Source: an uncultured Spirochaetales bacterium | GTDB taxonomy: Bacteria; Desulfobacterota_D; UBA1144 | Assembly: GCA_964440275.1 (NCBI GenBank) | Contig: CAYTRR010000010.1 | Coordinates: 58,808-122,807 of the forward strand | Length of the DNA: 64,000 bases | Direction: 5' to 3' | Shown: positions 20,418 through 31,125 of the stretch, piece by piece | How positions within the stretch are numbered: position 1 is the first letter of the stretch | Layout: each line of letters starts with the position of its first letter | Notes under the pieces: model-generated | Database searches by the model: none | The model's input: only the letters and a program-made list of their open reading frames with translations | Told to the model about the DNA's origin: nothing | Translations under genes and position numbers: made by a program

Positions 20418-20437
20418 CCTATAATTAGCTACTTGGC
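20418..20437 (-). terminator. Putative hairpin terminator of the small-protein gene (AATTAGC-loop-GCTAATT)
   Basis: 7 bp perfect inverted repeat directly after the stop. No clear U-tract. Confidence 0.25.
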
Positions 20438-20458
20438 TAATTACAAAATCAAATTGTT

Positions 20459-20662
20459 TTAATCGGCAAGTCCATTCTTTCTTCTTGTTGGACTTTCCTC
20501 TGGACGACCAAAATCTAGGCCAACTTTTGCAGCCCAATTTTGTGTTCCAGCAACGTGACCAGCATAACCTCTACCGTTTTGAGCGTTATGTGCGCTTTGA
20601 CCTGCATCAATGCTTACACGTCTTGCCCAATTTCTCATTGGGGAATTTTGTTGATCTGGCAT
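20459..20662 (-). CDS. Small Gly/Ala/Gln-rich hypothetical protein (67 aa)
   Basis: Strong SD (GGAGGTG) 6 nt upstream of the ATG. Locally elevated GC. A hairpin lies immediately downstream. Confidence 0.35.
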   Translation of the reverse strand: MPDQQNSPMRNWARRVSIDAGQSAHNAQNGRGYAGHVAGTQNWAAKVGLDFGRPEESPTRRKNGLAD

Positions 20663-20722
20663 ATTACACCTCCGAATAGATTAATTGTATCAAATGGTAA
20701 TTTTAAAAACAAGAGGCGCTAA

Positions 20723-21007
20723 CTATTTCTCAGATTCGTCAATAATTAAGCTAGTTTTAGGAGTGGCAACACACATAAGAATCATATTATTACTAATATC
20801 TTCAGCGTTAAGAGCATCTTTGTCAGGGGCCTCTATATACTCAATCTCACCTTCTACTAATTTTGCCATACAAGTTGTACACATACCCTGCATGCAACTA
20901 AAAGGCAGATCCATGCCTTGATTGTTAGCTGAAGTGACAATGGAATCTCCTTCCTCAACGGTAAGCAACTTTCCAGATTTTATAAATTTGATTTCATGAG
21001 CAGCCAT
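20723..21007 (-). CDS. 2Fe-2S ferredoxin
   Basis: Cx4Cx2C...C cysteine pattern. 94 aa. Confidence 0.75.
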   Translation of the reverse strand: MAAHEIKFIKSGKLLTVEEGDSIVTSANNQGMDLPFSCMQGMCTTCMAKLVEGEIEYIEAPDKDALNAEDISNNMILMCVATPKTSLIIDESEK

Positions 21008-21051
21008 TTATTTATTACCTAATTAGTCTCTTAAGATATATAATAAATCAA

Positions 21052-22311
21052 ATGACAAATTATTTAAACGGTAAACTTTTTCTTGAAGATGTTAGCTTTG
21101 AATCCATAGCTGAAAAACATGGAACCCCATGCTACGTCTATAGCCAGGAACATATAATTAAGGAATTTAATGATTACCAGGCAGCATTTGTTAATTATCC
21201 AAATACTACAATCTGTTTTTCTGTTAAAGCCAATTCTAATTTATCTGTGTTAAATATTTTTAAGAATTTAGGGTCTGGTTTCGATATAGTATCTGGAGGC
21301 GAACTAGAAAGAGTAGTTAAGTTAGGAGCTAACCCTAAAAGAATAGTTTTTTCTGGTGTAGCAAAATCAGAAGAAGAAATAAATAAAGCAATTGAATACG
21401 ATATCCTTTTCTTCAATGTCGAGTCGTTTGATGAACTTGAGCAAATCAATAGACTTGCATCAAAAGCTAAAAAAAAAGCTGGAATATCTATAAGAGTCAA
21501 TCCAGACATTGACCCAAAAACTCATCCATATATTTCCACTGGTCTTAGCACTAGCAAATTTGGAATACCAATAAAAGAATCATTAAATGTCTACTTAGAA
21601 GCCAGTAAAATGAAAGATGTAGAAATACTTGGTATAGATTCACATATAGGATCGCAAATTATTGATTTAGACCCTTTTGAAGATTCAATGGAGAGGCTAG
21701 TAGATTTATACTCTCAATTAAAAGAAAAAAATATAAACATTCAATATATTGATATAGGAGGAGGTCTTGGTATTAAATACGAAGACGAATCTACACCACC
21801 TTTTAAAAAGAATTTTGCAGAAAAAATAATATCTCATATTAAAAAAACGGGATGCAACTTAATTCTTGAGCCAGGGCGTTCTTTGGTTGGGAATTCAGGA
21901 TATCTCTTAACAAAAATTCTTTACAAGAAAAAAAATCAAAAGAAAAATTTTTTAATAGTTGACGCGGGTATGAACGATTTATTACGACCAGCGCTGTATG
22001 GATCTTATCACAAGATTGATCCTATATTGGACCCAGCATATTCAAAAGAAGTAGAAGAGACATTTGACATAGTTGGACCAATTTGTGAAACAGGCGATGT
22101 TTTGGGTGGTAATGTAACCATTCCTGACCCAAAATTGGGAGATGTTCTGGTAATAAATTCCGCTGGCGCATATGGGTCAGTAATGGGTTCAAACTACAAT
22201 ACTAGACCTAAAATTCCAGAAATTCTTATTCACAATGATAAAGACTCTGTAATCAGAAAAAGAGAGACGATTTCACAAATTCTTGACAATGAGGTGGTTG
22301 TAGATTTATGA
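21052..22311 (+). CDS. lysA: Diaminopimelate decarboxylase
   Basis: PLP-dependent fold III decarboxylase signatures. 419 aa. Confidence 0.9.
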   Translation: MTNYLNGKLFLEDVSFESIAEKHGTPCYVYSQEHIIKEFNDYQAAFVNYPNTTICFSVKANSNLSVLNIFKNLGSGFDIVSGGELERVVKLGANPKRIVFSGVAKSEEEINKAIEYDILFFNVESFDELEQINRLASKAKKKAGISIRVNPDIDPKTHPYISTGLSTSKFGIPIKESLNVYLEASKMKDVEILGIDSHIGSQIIDLDPFEDSMERLVDLYSQLKEKNINIQYIDIGGGLGIKYEDESTPPFKKNFAEKIISHIKKTGCNLILEPGRSLVGNSGYLLTKILYKKKNQKKNFLIVDAGMNDLLRPALYGSYHKIDPILDPAYSKEVEETFDIVGPICETGDVLGGNVTIPDPKLGDVLVINSAGAYGSVMGSNYNTRPKIPEILIHNDKDSVIRKRETISQILDNEVVVDL

Positions 22312-22922
22312 GCGATTCACTAATACTTTCTATATTTGATAAGGGTGGATTTTTTGTATACCCAATACTTGCTTGTTCTATTATTGCTCTTTCTATATTT
22401 TTGAAAAAGTTTTATTTCACAAGAGACGAACAAATAGTGACCAAAGTATTTACTACAAAGCTAGAAAGCTATATAAAACAAGGAAGCTTTGATAACGCAA
22501 TCACTTTTTGTAACAACGATAAAACAATTTTTTCTAACATAGCTGTTATTGCTTTAATTAATAAAGATCAATCAACAATAGAACTAGAAAAAATCATAGA
22601 AGACGAGGGCGCTAGAGAAATATTTGCTCTTGCAAAGTCGAATGAAATGCTAGGTTCTCTTAGCAATATAAGTACACTTTTAGGTTTGCTTGGAACAATA
22701 TCAGGAATGATTACGGTTTTCCAGGTTATTTCAACTCAAACAGTTGTTGATCCACCAAGTTTGGCTGGAGGGATATCAGAAGCACTTTATACAACTGCTT
22801 TTGGACTTCTTGTAGCCATACCTTCATTTATTGGATATAAATTTCTACTTAATAGAATAAACGAAGCCGCAATGAAACTACAAACTGAATCTAAAAGATT
22901 ATTGTCTACCTTAAAGAGTTAA
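22308..22922 (+). CDS. MotA/TolQ/ExbB proton-channel protein
   Basis: 3 TM helices, ExbB-like C-terminal region. Translationally coupled to the ExbD-like gene. Confidence 0.75.
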   Translation: MSDSLILSIFDKGGFFVYPILACSIIALSIFLKKFYFTRDEQIVTKVFTTKLESYIKQGSFDNAITFCNNDKTIFSNIAVIALINKDQSTIELEKIIEDEGAREIFALAKSNEMLGSLSNISTLLGLLGTISGMITVFQVISTQTVVDPPSLAGGISEALYTTAFGLLVAIPSFIGYKFLLNRINEAAMKLQTESKRLLSTLKS

Positions 22923-22925
22923 AAA

Positions 22926-23327
22926 ATGAATTTCACAAAACTTTTAGAAGATAACGACTTAAGCTTAGATCTTACACCTATAGTGGACGTTGTATTTAAC
23001 CTTCTAATATTTTTTGCGCTATCTCTAAACTTCAGCCAAATAACTTCAAGTCTTAATATTAAACTACCCAAAGCTGGGTCTTCTGAAGTCATTACAGACA
23101 AGCAGATTGTTGTAAGTATTGAAAAAGGAAATAAAATTTATATCAATGATAATAAATTATTTTTAGACCAAGTACCTACATTCCTTACTAATGAAGATAA
23201 GAGCAAAGTTGTAGTTTTAAAAGCCGATAAAAGTATAGATCATGGATTCGTAGTCCAAGTTATGGACATAATCAAAAGATCAGGTTTTAACAAAATTGGA
23301 ATAGCAGTTAAGAAGTTCGATCAATGA
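22926..23327 (+). CDS. ExbD/TolR biopolymer transport protein
   Basis: 133 aa. N-terminal TM helix plus periplasmic domain. Confidence 0.75.
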   Translation: MNFTKLLEDNDLSLDLTPIVDVVFNLLIFFALSLNFSQITSSLNIKLPKAGSSEVITDKQIVVSIEKGNKIYINDNKLFLDQVPTFLTNEDKSKVVVLKADKSIDHGFVVQVMDIIKRSGFNKIGIAVKKFDQ

Positions 23328-24220
23328 ACCAAAAATCAGATTTAATTTCAGGTTATTTGCTTGTTATTGGTACAGCTTTTTTTACTGCATTTTCTTATAT
23401 TTTTGGGAAAATGGTATCTACTGAACTCCACCCTGAAACAGTAACTTTTTATTGGTTTTTGGGAGCTTTTATAGTCGCCCTAATCAATGGATTTATTTAT
23501 TCAATTTTTAATAATAAATTTAAACTAATCCCATCTGACTTAAAGGATTACAAGACTGTTACAATAATATCTTCTGTTATTACTATTGTTTCAGTAGCAT
23601 TCTGGGTTGTGGCTCTCAGGACAGCAGGACCCCCCGTCACCTCATTTTTAATGAAGTTCCAGGTGGTTTTTTCTGTGTTGTTGGGATTCTTGTTCTTAAA
23701 TGAAAAACTTACAAGACCAGAGATTATAGGAATCATTTTAACTTTCTTAGGTGGATTTGTTATAACTTATAATGCATCAAATTTTGAATTTAGAGGTTCG
23801 CTGTATGCCATAATCTCTGCTTTTGGCTATTCATGCTTATTTATGATAGTAAAAAAAATGGGTAGAAATTTAAATATGATGATGGTGGCAGTACTCAGAT
23901 CAGTTGGTGTTTCACTCCTGATTGGGATATATCTCCTATGCTTTAATAAATTTCAACTACCATCTTCTATCGACCTTTTGTATATGTTCATAGGAGGAAC
24001 TTGTGGAGCATATGTAGGAAAAGCTTTTCAGTTTCAAGCAATTAAACTAGTTGACATCTCTAGGACTACAGCAATAACCCCATTGGAGGCTGTATTCGTA
24101 CTTATATTAACCTATATTTTTTTTGAAACTGTACCCAGCACTATAAAGTTGATCGGTGGAGCAATAATATTGGTAGGAGTCCTAACATTGATAATATTTA
24201 GTCGAAGGAAACAAAACTAA
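23324..24220 (+). CDS. EamA/DMT-family transporter
   Basis: 10 TM helices, duplicated EamA-like halves. Confidence 0.6.
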   Translation: MNQKSDLISGYLLVIGTAFFTAFSYIFGKMVSTELHPETVTFYWFLGAFIVALINGFIYSIFNNKFKLIPSDLKDYKTVTIISSVITIVSVAFWVVALRTAGPPVTSFLMKFQVVFSVLLGFLFLNEKLTRPEIIGIILTFLGGFVITYNASNFEFRGSLYAIISAFGYSCLFMIVKKMGRNLNMMMVAVLRSVGVSLLIGIYLLCFNKFQLPSSIDLLYMFIGGTCGAYVGKAFQFQAIKLVDISRTTAITPLEAVFVLILTYIFFETVPSTIKLIGGAIILVGVLTLIIFSRRKQN

Positions 24221-25338
24221 AGAAATTTAGTCTTGAGCTTTTTTTCTCGCTTGTATCTTTGTAAAGCTAGTGTAATCAACTCATTTAGTAATTTTTTGTA
24301 GTTTAGTCCGATCTCTTCAAGAAGTTTAGGGTACATACTTATAGGTGTGAACCCTGGTATCGTGTTTATTTCGCTTGCATAGAGTCTATTAGATTGTAAA
24401 TTTTTTGTTTTTCCATATAAGAAATCAATTCTAGCCATTCCTTCACACCCTATTTTTTCATAAGCTAAAATTGAATTGTTTTTAATTTCATTGCTGAGTT
24501 TCCTATCATTATTTATTTTTTTCCAAGGTATTTCTAGCTTTGATTTTCCGTCAATATATTTAGCATTATAATCATAGAACTCGGAGGAGGGTATTACTAA
24601 TCCTGGCTTAGAAACCTTTAGCTTTTCATTTCCTAAAATACTAACCTCGATCTCATTTGGATTAATTACAGCTTCTTCAGCAATAACCTTCTCTGAATAA
24701 TTAAAAGCCTTTCCTATTTTACTAATTAAGTCTTTTTTCGATTTAACTTTATAAACACCAACACTTGAGCCAAGATTTGCGGCTTTTATAAAACAAGGAA
24801 GCTTAATCTTTAATACTATAGTTCTCACAATTTCTTTTCTTTTTGTTTGCCAAGAAGGGCTAGTAATTTCAACGAATGATGTAGTCCTAATACTGAGGTT
24901 CTGAAAAATCCTTTTTGTTATAACTTTATCTATACATATTGCAGAACTGGTTATATCACTACCAACGAATGGTTTATCTAAAAGTTTTAACAATCCTTGT
25001 ATTGAGCCATCTTCACCTCCTGTGCCATGAACTATAGGAAAAAATACATCAACATTTAGCTTTCTATCTATTTGTCCTTTATCTTTGACTATGACTGAAT
25101 TTTTTTCTCCAATTGAAAAAATGATTTTTTTTCCTGTTGCTACAAATTTATGTGACAATCCGCTTTTTGAGATTCTAGCTTCTCTAAAGGAACCATTTTT
25201 TGTTATATAAATACCAATTATTTTGTATTTTTTTTGATCCAGGTTGTTTAGAATTGAATTGGCAGAGATTATTGAAATCTCATGTTCTACCGAATTACCA
25301 CCATAAATGATACATATTCTCAACATATTTATAACCAT
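24217..25338 (-). CDS. ddl: D-alanine--D-alanine ligase
   Basis: IYGGNSVEHEISIISA N-terminal motif. ATP-grasp fold. Confidence 0.9.
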   Translation of the reverse strand: MVINMLRICIIYGGNSVEHEISIISANSILNNLDQKKYKIIGIYITKNGSFREARISKSGLSHKFVATGKKIIFSIGEKNSVIVKDKGQIDRKLNVDVFFPIVHGTGGEDGSIQGLLKLLDKPFVGSDITSSAICIDKVITKRIFQNLSIRTTSFVEITSPSWQTKRKEIVRTIVLKIKLPCFIKAANLGSSVGVYKVKSKKDLISKIGKAFNYSEKVIAEEAVINPNEIEVSILGNEKLKVSKPGLVIPSSEFYDYNAKYIDGKSKLEIPWKKINNDRKLSNEIKNNSILAYEKIGCEGMARIDFLYGKTKNLQSNRLYASEINTIPGFTPISMYPKLLEEIGLNYKKLLNELITLALQRYKREKKLKTKFL

Positions 25339-25451
25339 AACACTTTTAGGTGAATTAATTGTTTATTATTTCTTATAATTTGGTAAAATAAAATATTCAA
25401 TTTTGTTAATATCTTTTTGATTTTGAGATATGCAGATAGGGGGAATTATAA

Positions 25452-26633
25452 ATGTCTACAAAAGTAGTTATAAGTGAGCCATTACGAACAGCAATAGGTA
25501 CATTTGGAGGTACTCTTCAAGATGTTCCTGCAGTCGAATTAGGCGTAACAGTTGTAAAAGAAATACTAAATAGAACTGGAGTCGAAGCCACGCAAATTGA
25601 TGAATTCATCATGGGCAACATTTTAGGCGCAGGACAAGGACAAAATCCTGCACGTCAAGTTGCACTTGGAGCAGGGCTTGATTACGATACTCCATCTTAT
25701 ACATTAAATAGGGTTTGTGCATCAGGTGTTCAATCAGTTGCTAATGCAGCACAAGCAATAAAAGCAGGAGACGCGGATTTAGCTATTGCAGGTGGTATAG
25801 AAAATATGAACCTTGCACCTTTCTTGCTGCCTAAAGCAAGATACGGTTACAGAATGGCACTAGAAGCAAAAGATACCGTCCTTGATGGAATGGTTTACGA
25901 TGGACTTTGGGACATTTTTAATAACTATCATATGGGTATTACAGCAGAAAATCTTGCTGATCAATACAACATAAGCAGAGAAGACCAAGACAAGTTTGCA
26001 ATTGATAGTCAAGGAAAAGCAAAAAAAGCAATTAGGTCAGGTGTTTTCAAAAAAGAAATCGTCCCCGTACAACTTAAAAAGGGTGTTTTTGATATTGATG
26101 AGCATCCAAGAGAAGTCTCTATGGCTGCATTAAGCAGACTGAAACCCGTATTCACCGCTGAAGGAACTGTTACGGCAGGTAATGCATCAGGTATTAACGA
26201 TGGAGCAGCTGCAATGTTTGTTTCATCCGAAGAAAAAGCTAAAGAGTTAGGACTAAATCCAGTAGGAGAAATAATTTCTTTTGCTGTTGCTGGAGTTGAT
26301 CCTTCAATTATGGGAATTGCCCCAGTTTCCGCAATGAACAAAGCTCTTGCAAAAGCTGGATTGACAATCGATGATATAGATTTAGTTGAGTTGAACGAAG
26401 CATTTGCTGCTCAAGCTTTAGCTGTATTAAGTGATTTTCCCATTCCTGAAGAAAAATTAAATGTTAACGGTGGAGCAGTAGCGCTTGGTCACCCAATTGG
26501 CGCATCTGGGACTATATTGATTGTTAAACTACTTCATGAAATGCAACGAAGAAAGGTAAAAAGAGGTTTAGTTTCATTGTGTGTTGGTGGTGGTCAGGGT
26601 ATTGCGATGGTTATAGAAAACCCTAACGCATAG
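25452..26633 (+). CDS. Acetyl-CoA C-acetyltransferase (thiolase II)
   Basis: Thiolase active-site Cys (NRVCASG) and a C-terminal GHP.GASG...CVGGGQG. Confidence 0.9.
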   Translation: MSTKVVISEPLRTAIGTFGGTLQDVPAVELGVTVVKEILNRTGVEATQIDEFIMGNILGAGQGQNPARQVALGAGLDYDTPSYTLNRVCASGVQSVANAAQAIKAGDADLAIAGGIENMNLAPFLLPKARYGYRMALEAKDTVLDGMVYDGLWDIFNNYHMGITAENLADQYNISREDQDKFAIDSQGKAKKAIRSGVFKKEIVPVQLKKGVFDIDEHPREVSMAALSRLKPVFTAEGTVTAGNASGINDGAAAMFVSSEEKAKELGLNPVGEIISFAVAGVDPSIMGIAPVSAMNKALAKAGLTIDDIDLVELNEAFAAQALAVLSDFPIPEEKLNVNGGAVALGHPIGASGTILIVKLLHEMQRRKVKRGLVSLCVGGGQGIAMVIENPNA

Positions 26634-26643
26634 AAGTAAATTA

Positions 26644-26865
26644 ATGCCAACAGATAGAAATAATCAAAGCAAAGATGTTTATAGCTCTCAGCTTGATATA
26701 GAAACAAAGAGATTTTTCTTCGATTTAAAAGAAAATCATAAGGGGCAATATTTGAGGATTACTGAGGTTAGTGGAGGAAGATCTAGTATTGTTATTCCTG
26801 TAGATGGACTGAAGGACTTCTCTAAGAATATTGAAGAAATAATTGATAAAGCCAACAAAGAATAA
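26644..26865 (+). CDS. DUF3276/PUR-alpha-like small nucleic-acid-binding protein (Bacteroidetes-type)
   Basis: RFFFDLKEN...YLRITE motif is typical of DUF3276. Confidence 0.45.
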   Translation: MPTDRNNQSKDVYSSQLDIETKRFFFDLKENHKGQYLRITEVSGGRSSIVIPVDGLKDFSKNIEEIIDKANKE

Positions 26866-26874
26866 CTATTATGA

Positions 26875-27753
26875 TTAGCTTATAAGCTTAAGGTTCTCTT
26901 CCTGATACAAGTTTTCCCTAATCAAGATTTCAGTTTTTGAACAATACAGCCTATTATCTTTGAAATTTTCTTCGTCATTAATAAAACCAAGAGCAAAAGT
27001 AATACCGTCTTTCTTAGAAAAAAAGCTACTTGTTATTCTTCCGACAACCTTTTTGTCTTTGTTTGTAATTTCTTCAGAAGTTACAAGATTCCCATAAATT
27101 AGTAGGCAAGCTAATGTTTTTCTAACTTTTCCTCGATAACGAATTCTAGCAATTGTTTCTTGTCCCACATAACATCCTTTTGTAAAACTAATTGTAGACC
27201 ACATGTTTGATTCTATAGGAATCACCTTTTCATTAATTTCGTTTGGAAAGCTAGGTATCCCTTGAATTATTTTCCATTTCAAATAAAGTTCTTCATCAAT
27301 TCTATGGTATCCGGAGAAATCATAATCTTTTTCGACCACAGCAACTCCAAGATTTTCTTCTAAACATATAGGAGACCCCCAATCTTTATTTTTTGATATT
27401 TCTAGGCCAGAACCTTTAACTACCAATAGTTTATTTGATAAATCTTCTATATTTACTTTATAGGACATCTTGTATTTATTGAGGTGTTCCATTAAATTCT
27501 GAATTTGCAATGAATTAGTAATTATATATATATTGTCTTCGTTGAACACAGACATATCGAACAAGATTCTTCCTTTATTGTTCAATATGAGATTATGTTG
27601 ATATTTTAGAGTGGAATCGTTAGAAGAAATTCCGTTTAAGAACTTCTCACTATCTTTTCCCTCCAACAACAAGATCCCTTGTTTAAATTGAGAAAAATAA
27701 ATTTTATCTTTTCTAAATAAATCTTTTAATTCATTACATGAAAATTGAGACAT
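26875..27753 (-). CDS. ygfZ: YgfZ-family folate-binding protein (GcvT-like)
   Basis: KGCYVGQE signature. Confidence 0.7.
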   Translation of the reverse strand: MSQFSCNELKDLFRKDKIYFSQFKQGILLLEGKDSEKFLNGISSNDSTLKYQHNLILNNKGRILFDMSVFNEDNIYIITNSLQIQNLMEHLNKYKMSYKVNIEDLSNKLLVVKGSGLEISKNKDWGSPICLEENLGVAVVEKDYDFSGYHRIDEELYLKWKIIQGIPSFPNEINEKVIPIESNMWSTISFTKGCYVGQETIARIRYRGKVRKTLACLLIYGNLVTSEEITNKDKKVVGRITSSFFSKKDGITFALGFINDEENFKDNRLYCSKTEILIRENLYQEENLKLIS

Positions 27754-27843
27754 TTTACACCATTGTTGATTTTTCCTTCATTCTTTATAAAATAACATAC
27801 ATAATATTTACCTAATTCAGTACATTTTGTTTATTATATTAAT

Positions 27844-28785
27844 ATGGAATTCAATTTAGAGAATAAAATTATAGTAATAGGATCAGGTCCTGCTGGGCTA
27901 ACTGCTGCAATCTATGCAGCTAGAGCCAACTTAAGCCCCTTAGTTTTTGAGGGTTTTCAGGCAGGGGGACAACTTACAATGACCACGGATGTAGAAAATT
28001 TCCCTGGATTCCCTACAGGTATAATGGGTCCAGATTTAATGAACTCTTTAAGAGAACAAGCTGAAAGATTTGGAGCTAAATGTATAATGACCCAAGTTGA
28101 TAATATAGATTTCAATTCCTATCCATATGTTCTAACAATAGGAGAACAAGAGATATCTACTTACTCAATAGTTCTTGCAACAGGTGCTACTGCAAAACTC
28201 CTTAATATTCCAGGCGAGCTAGAATTAGTTGGAAGAGGAGTTTCTACCTGTGCTACTTGTGATGGATTCTTTTTTAAAGATAAAAAGATTCATGTAATAG
28301 GTGGTGGAGATAGCGCAATGGAAGAAGCAATCTTTCTTACAAAATTTGCTAAACAAGTTACAGTGGTTCACAGAAGAGACAAATTAAGAGCATCAAAAAT
28401 AATGGAAGACAGAGCTAAATCGAATCCTAAAATTGATTTCTTATGGAACGCTCAAATGAAAGAAATAGTTGGAACCGAAAGTGAAGGGGTTAAGTCTTTT
28501 TCATACACAGATACAAAAACAAATGAAAATCTCACTAAAGAGAGCCAGGGTATTTTTGTAGCAATTGGCCATACTCCTAACAATGAATTATTTGCGAACA
28601 ATATCGATTTAGATGATAACGGATATATAATTACCTCTGGAAAATCTTCTAAAACAAACCTAAAAGGAGTGTTTGCTGCAGGGGATGTTCAAGACAGTAT
28701 TTACAGACAAGCTATAACAGCTGCAGGTACGGGTTGTATGGCAGCAATAGATGCAGAGCGGTTTTTAGAAGAGAATGAATTATAG
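27844..28785 (+). CDS. trxB: Thioredoxin reductase
   Basis: GSGPAG FAD motif and CATC redox-active disulfide. Confidence 0.9.
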   Translation: MEFNLENKIIVIGSGPAGLTAAIYAARANLSPLVFEGFQAGGQLTMTTDVENFPGFPTGIMGPDLMNSLREQAERFGAKCIMTQVDNIDFNSYPYVLTIGEQEISTYSIVLATGATAKLLNIPGELELVGRGVSTCATCDGFFFKDKKIHVIGGGDSAMEEAIFLTKFAKQVTVVHRRDKLRASKIMEDRAKSNPKIDFLWNAQMKEIVGTESEGVKSFSYTDTKTNENLTKESQGIFVAIGHTPNNELFANNIDLDDNGYIITSGKSSKTNLKGVFAAGDVQDSIYRQAITAAGTGCMAAIDAERFLEENEL

Positions 28786-29797
28786 ACTTTTTCCAAGAAA
28801 TAAAGATATTAAAGTATCTGAACTAGGTTTTGGCGTGTGGTCAGTTGCCACGAAGTGGTGGGGTGTTACAGATGAAAAACTTGGCCTATCTTTGCTTCAA
28901 CATGCTTTCGATAGAGGCATAAATTTTTTTGATACGGCTGATGTTTATGGGGAAGGATATGGTGAAGAAATATTATCGAAAGCCTTTCCAAAATCACGAG
29001 ATAGCAGAATATATGCAACTAAATTTGGATATGATATATATTCTAATCCTGGTGAAAGAAAGGGGCACACAGAGCTTCCGCAAAAATTTTCACCTAAAGA
29101 TATAAGGTTCTCCTGTGAACAAAGCCTTAAAAGATTAAAAACAGATTATATAGATATATACCAAATGCATAATCCACGATTTGATTTTATCAACAATGAC
29201 GAAGTATTAGACACTCTTCAACAGCTAGTAAAAGAAGGTAAAATTCGATCATTTGCTATGGCACTGGGGCCAGATATTGGCTGGCTTGAAGAAGGTCTTG
29301 ATGCGATGAATCATGAGCCAATCGCAATACAAATAATTTACAACTTACTAGAACAGGAACCTTCTAAGTTTCTTTTTGAGAAATCTGAAAAAACATCGAC
29401 TGGTTTAATAGCTAGAGTCCCTCATGCCTCTGGTATTATGGATGGAACATTTACAAAGGAGAGAAAATTTGAGAAGAGTGACCACCGTAGTCACCGAAAA
29501 CAGAAGTGGATGGAATCTGGACTACAAGCAAGAGAAGACTTAGACTTTTTATATAAAGATAATGAGAGGACAATAGGGCAAGCCGCTATATTGTTTTCAT
29601 TGGCAGTTAAAAATATTTGCACAGTCCTTCCAAATTTTACTACCCATGAAGAGATTGATGAATTTAGTAAAGCTTCGGAATTGTCTCCTCTTTCAGACGA
29701 TGATTTAAATAAGATAGAAGATTTATGGGACAATTCTCATTCAGATATTCTTTCTCAACCTTTTTCAGATAGCACTAGCAAGCCTACACCTACTTAG
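28775..29797 (+). CDS. Aldo/keto reductase family oxidoreductase
   Basis: AKR signatures (FDTADVYG). Confidence 0.8.
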   Translation: MNYRLFPRNKDIKVSELGFGVWSVATKWWGVTDEKLGLSLLQHAFDRGINFFDTADVYGEGYGEEILSKAFPKSRDSRIYATKFGYDIYSNPGERKGHTELPQKFSPKDIRFSCEQSLKRLKTDYIDIYQMHNPRFDFINNDEVLDTLQQLVKEGKIRSFAMALGPDIGWLEEGLDAMNHEPIAIQIIYNLLEQEPSKFLFEKSEKTSTGLIARVPHASGIMDGTFTKERKFEKSDHRSHRKQKWMESGLQAREDLDFLYKDNERTIGQAAILFSLAVKNICTVLPNFTTHEEIDEFSKASELSPLSDDDLNKIEDLWDNSHSDILSQPFSDSTSKPTPT

Positions 29798-29799
29798 TT

Positions 29800-31125
29800 C
29801 TAATTTGTATTGATTTTTAATGCTCTAAAATAGAAATACGTTCCTACTGATAATATGCATAGATTCCTTATAACTAATGATAGAGCTGCTCCATCATGCT
29901 GCATAGATTTAACTAAATAAAATAGAGATGAGCAATAAATTATTGTTGTAATTGCAGTTATGATTGTAAGATATTTAGCTTTTCCAAGAGCCAGCATTGA
30001 TGGATTAATCCAAAATCCTCCGTTATGAAGTATCATTGCAATTATTAGAATGAATAGTGCTGATTCCGCATTTATATATTGTGCGCCAAAAAATAATTCA
30101 ATAATTTCTGAAGAAAACAAGTATATACCTGAACCCACAATCAATGAAGACAACACAAGCATTTTGACGGATTCTATTATTACTTTTTTATAGTTTTGAA
30201 AATCTTTCTCTGCATTTAATTTAACAAATTCTGGAAATATTATTTCAAGAGCAGGATCCATTATTCTCCTTATAATCTTAGTTATTGCTCTTGCTACTCT
30301 ATATAGACCCGCATAGAAAGGTCCAACAAAATACCCTACTACTAATACTCCAAGATTTTTATCATTTGCCAGATTAAGGATGTTAGAAAAATGAGCATTA
30401 AACATAAACTTTAGATAATCAAATTGTTCAGAATGCCTGAGCGAATGGGATAATTTAAGAGTAATTTTTTCTTCATTTAAAGCCTTTTTTAAGTAAATAA
30501 ATCTTAATAGTGTTCCAATTGCAAAAGCTAGAACAAAACAACTCAATATATAGAAAGTTTTATCAAGGAAACCTGTCTCAACGAAATATATAAAATAAAC
30601 AACCAGAACTAATCTTGATAGGTTTGTAATAATATTTATTTTAAGAATCGAACTATATTGATTATAAGTTCTTAATATTCCATCAAAATTATCATTGATA
30701 GAAATAAACAAGACTGAGAAGGCGTATGCATACATAAGGGAAGTAAGCAAATTATCATTTTCCTCATATGCACCCAAAAGATGATGGATAACCGGGTCAA
30801 CAAGAAGAAAAATAAGTATTAGAGAAAACAAAGACGAAAAGAAAGAGACCATTGTTGAAAAAGATATATACTTAGAGATGTTTTGCTTATTGGTTGCATT
30901 GTCTCCAATAAATTTAACAGTAGTGTCCCACACTCTGAAGCTAATGAGTATATTTAATATTTCTACGCTGGAAATTATCATTGCAAAAATACCAAAAAAA
31001 TAAACCCCAAGAAATCTTGCTATTATTAAAAGTGTTATTGCTGATGCTAATCCACCAATTATTTTAGTTGATACAAGCAATTTGTAGTTATTTAATATTC
31101 TTTTTTTGATATCATCAAATTTCAT
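29800..31125 (-). CDS. Polysaccharide biosynthesis protein, Wzx/MOP-superfamily flippase
   Basis: 441 aa, about 12 TM helices. Confidence 0.6.
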   Translation of the reverse strand: MKFDDIKKRILNNYKLLVSTKIIGGLASAITLLIIARFLGVYFFGIFAMIISSVEILNILISFRVWDTTVKFIGDNATNKQNISKYISFSTMVSFFSSLFSLILIFLLVDPVIHHLLGAYEENDNLLTSLMYAYAFSVLFISINDNFDGILRTYNQYSSILKINIITNLSRLVLVVYFIYFVETGFLDKTFYILSCFVLAFAIGTLLRFIYLKKALNEEKITLKLSHSLRHSEQFDYLKFMFNAHFSNILNLANDKNLGVLVVGYFVGPFYAGLYRVARAITKIIRRIMDPALEIIFPEFVKLNAEKDFQNYKKVIIESVKMLVLSSLIVGSGIYLFSSEIIELFFGAQYINAESALFILIIAMILHNGGFWINPSMLALGKAKYLTIITAITTIIYCSSLFYLVKSMQHDGAALSLVIRNLCILSVGTYFYFRALKINTN

